NCBI RefSeq assembly: GCF_009914755.1
Contig: NC_060932.1
Strand: one strand, 5' to 3'
Length of the DNA: 64,000 bases
DNA from: the human T2T-CHM13v2.0 reference genome, Homo sapiens
Position numbers and translations under genes: made by a program. Positions 62,610-64,000 of the stretch are shown piece by piece. Position 1 is the first letter of the stretch. Every line of letters begins with the position of its first letter. The notes under the pieces were generated by a model. It was not told where the DNA came from. It did no database searches and was given only the letters and a program-made list of their open reading frames with translations.

Positions 62610-63160
62610 AATTTTTTAAATCATCTTAATCATGTGTAAATGTATACAGTGGTGTTAAGTATATTCACATCATCGTGCAACAGATCTCTCAGAACTTTTG
62701 CTAAAGTATTAATAGAGCTCTAAATCCATTAAAGAACAACCCCCTCCCAATTTTCCCCTTCCCTTGGCCCCTGGCAACAACTATTCTACTTTTTGTTTCT
62801 ATGAATTTGACTCTCATATAAGTGGAACTATATAGTATTTGTCTTTTTGCCACTAGCTTATTTTCACTTAGCATAATATCCTCAAGGCTAATTCATGTTG
62901 TGTGTCAGACTTTCCTTCCTTTTTAAGGCTGAATAATATTATATAGATATATAGATATCACATATTGATTATCCTTCTGCTGATGAACACTTGGCTTGCT
63001 TCCGCCTCTTGGCTATTGTGAATATGCTGCTATGAACACTGGAGTGTAAATATTTCTTCAAGACTCTGCTTTCAATTATTTTGGATCTATACCAGAATTG
63101 GGATTGTTGGATCATATGATAACTCTATTTTTAATTTTTTAAGGAACTATCATACTGTTT
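62610..63160 (-). mobile_element. L1MB 3' region
   Basis: cccctggcaac...tctatgaatttgact...ttccttcctttttaaggctgaataata. Confidence 0.85.
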
Positions 63161-63919
63161 TCTCTTGCCCAAATCCTTTCATCCTTTGGAATCTGGGCTT
63201 CCTTGCCTGCCAAATTATCATTTTCACAAATGAGGTTAAATGAGATGATCTCTAGGAAACATCTTGGCTTGAATAGTACCCCTGGAGAGAACCTCAGCCA
63301 ACCAGGCCAGTATGCCCCCTTCTCCGTATGATCAAGTCTTTGCAATGGAAAAACTTCTGATCCTTATTCTCCAAAACGATTTTCAATATAGATCTTACAT
63401 TTGTCTGTCACCAAACTCCCAATTCACTGCTAACATTTCTAGATTGTCTTTAAAGAAAAAAGCAGAGCCAAATGTGTGGATTTGATTGCTTTTTCCCCAC
63501 CAAGGGGCCTTAGAAGGTGAGCTCACCTGGGGTTACATGGCTTGCAGACTCACCTCCGATATCAAGAGTTCTACCAAAAGGGAGAAACTCAACTGCACAG
63601 AGCCTTCTGAGTCAGGAGAAAATAGAAAGTGGCACTTCTTTTGGTGAATATCAAAATGGATACCATTCATCTCACATCATTTCTCTCACTGAACTTATTA
63701 GTGATCATATCACCCAACTGTGAAATTCTAAGAAGTAGCCACAGTTTATGAAATACCCAAAACTGACATCTACTTTCACAAATGCAGTAAGATATTTTTC
63801 CTGATGAAGTAGAACTGCAATTAGCCCCTGATTTTACCAACAGTGGCTCCAACCCCAAACCCAGAGAGAGAGACTTCTTGCCACTGAAAAGGGCCAAATA
63901 TCTCTGGTCTTTCGATCCT

Positions 63920-64000
63920 TGCTGCTCAAAATGTGGCCCTTGGATTAGCAGCAATGGACTCCCCTGGGAGCATATTAGAAACACAAACTTTCAGTTCAAA
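63920..64000. mobile_element. MER5A-like (partial, window edge)
   Basis: tgctgctcaaaatgtggccct...cctgggagcatattagaaa. Confidence 0.65.

Overview
Primate, most likely human, genomic DNA. The window lies inside SLCO5A1 (organic anion transporter OATP5A1), which is on the minus strand. It holds two coding exons (7386-7518 and 1077-1294) with canonical splice sites and matching phases. The remaining ~56 kb upstream is one large, repeat-rich intron (Alu, L1, L2, MIR, MaLR LTRs, DNA-transposon fossils, microsatellites). The main accessory structure is a plus-strand processed pseudogene of TMX1 (~39620-45843). It is split by a full-length MSTA retroelement, which itself carries an AluJ and a MER11 LTR, and by a THE1 solo LTR. 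The best candidate for something new is the MSTA LTR at 40316-40740. It is oriented in the SLCO5A1 sense, has a strengthened splice donor and has lost its poly(A) hexamer, so it could be an alternative first exon giving an N-truncated transporter. I see no convincing novel multi-gene system, and almost all ORF-track entries are repeat artefacts. Gene and repeat names come from recall, not a database search. Repeat boundaries and subfamilies are approximate.
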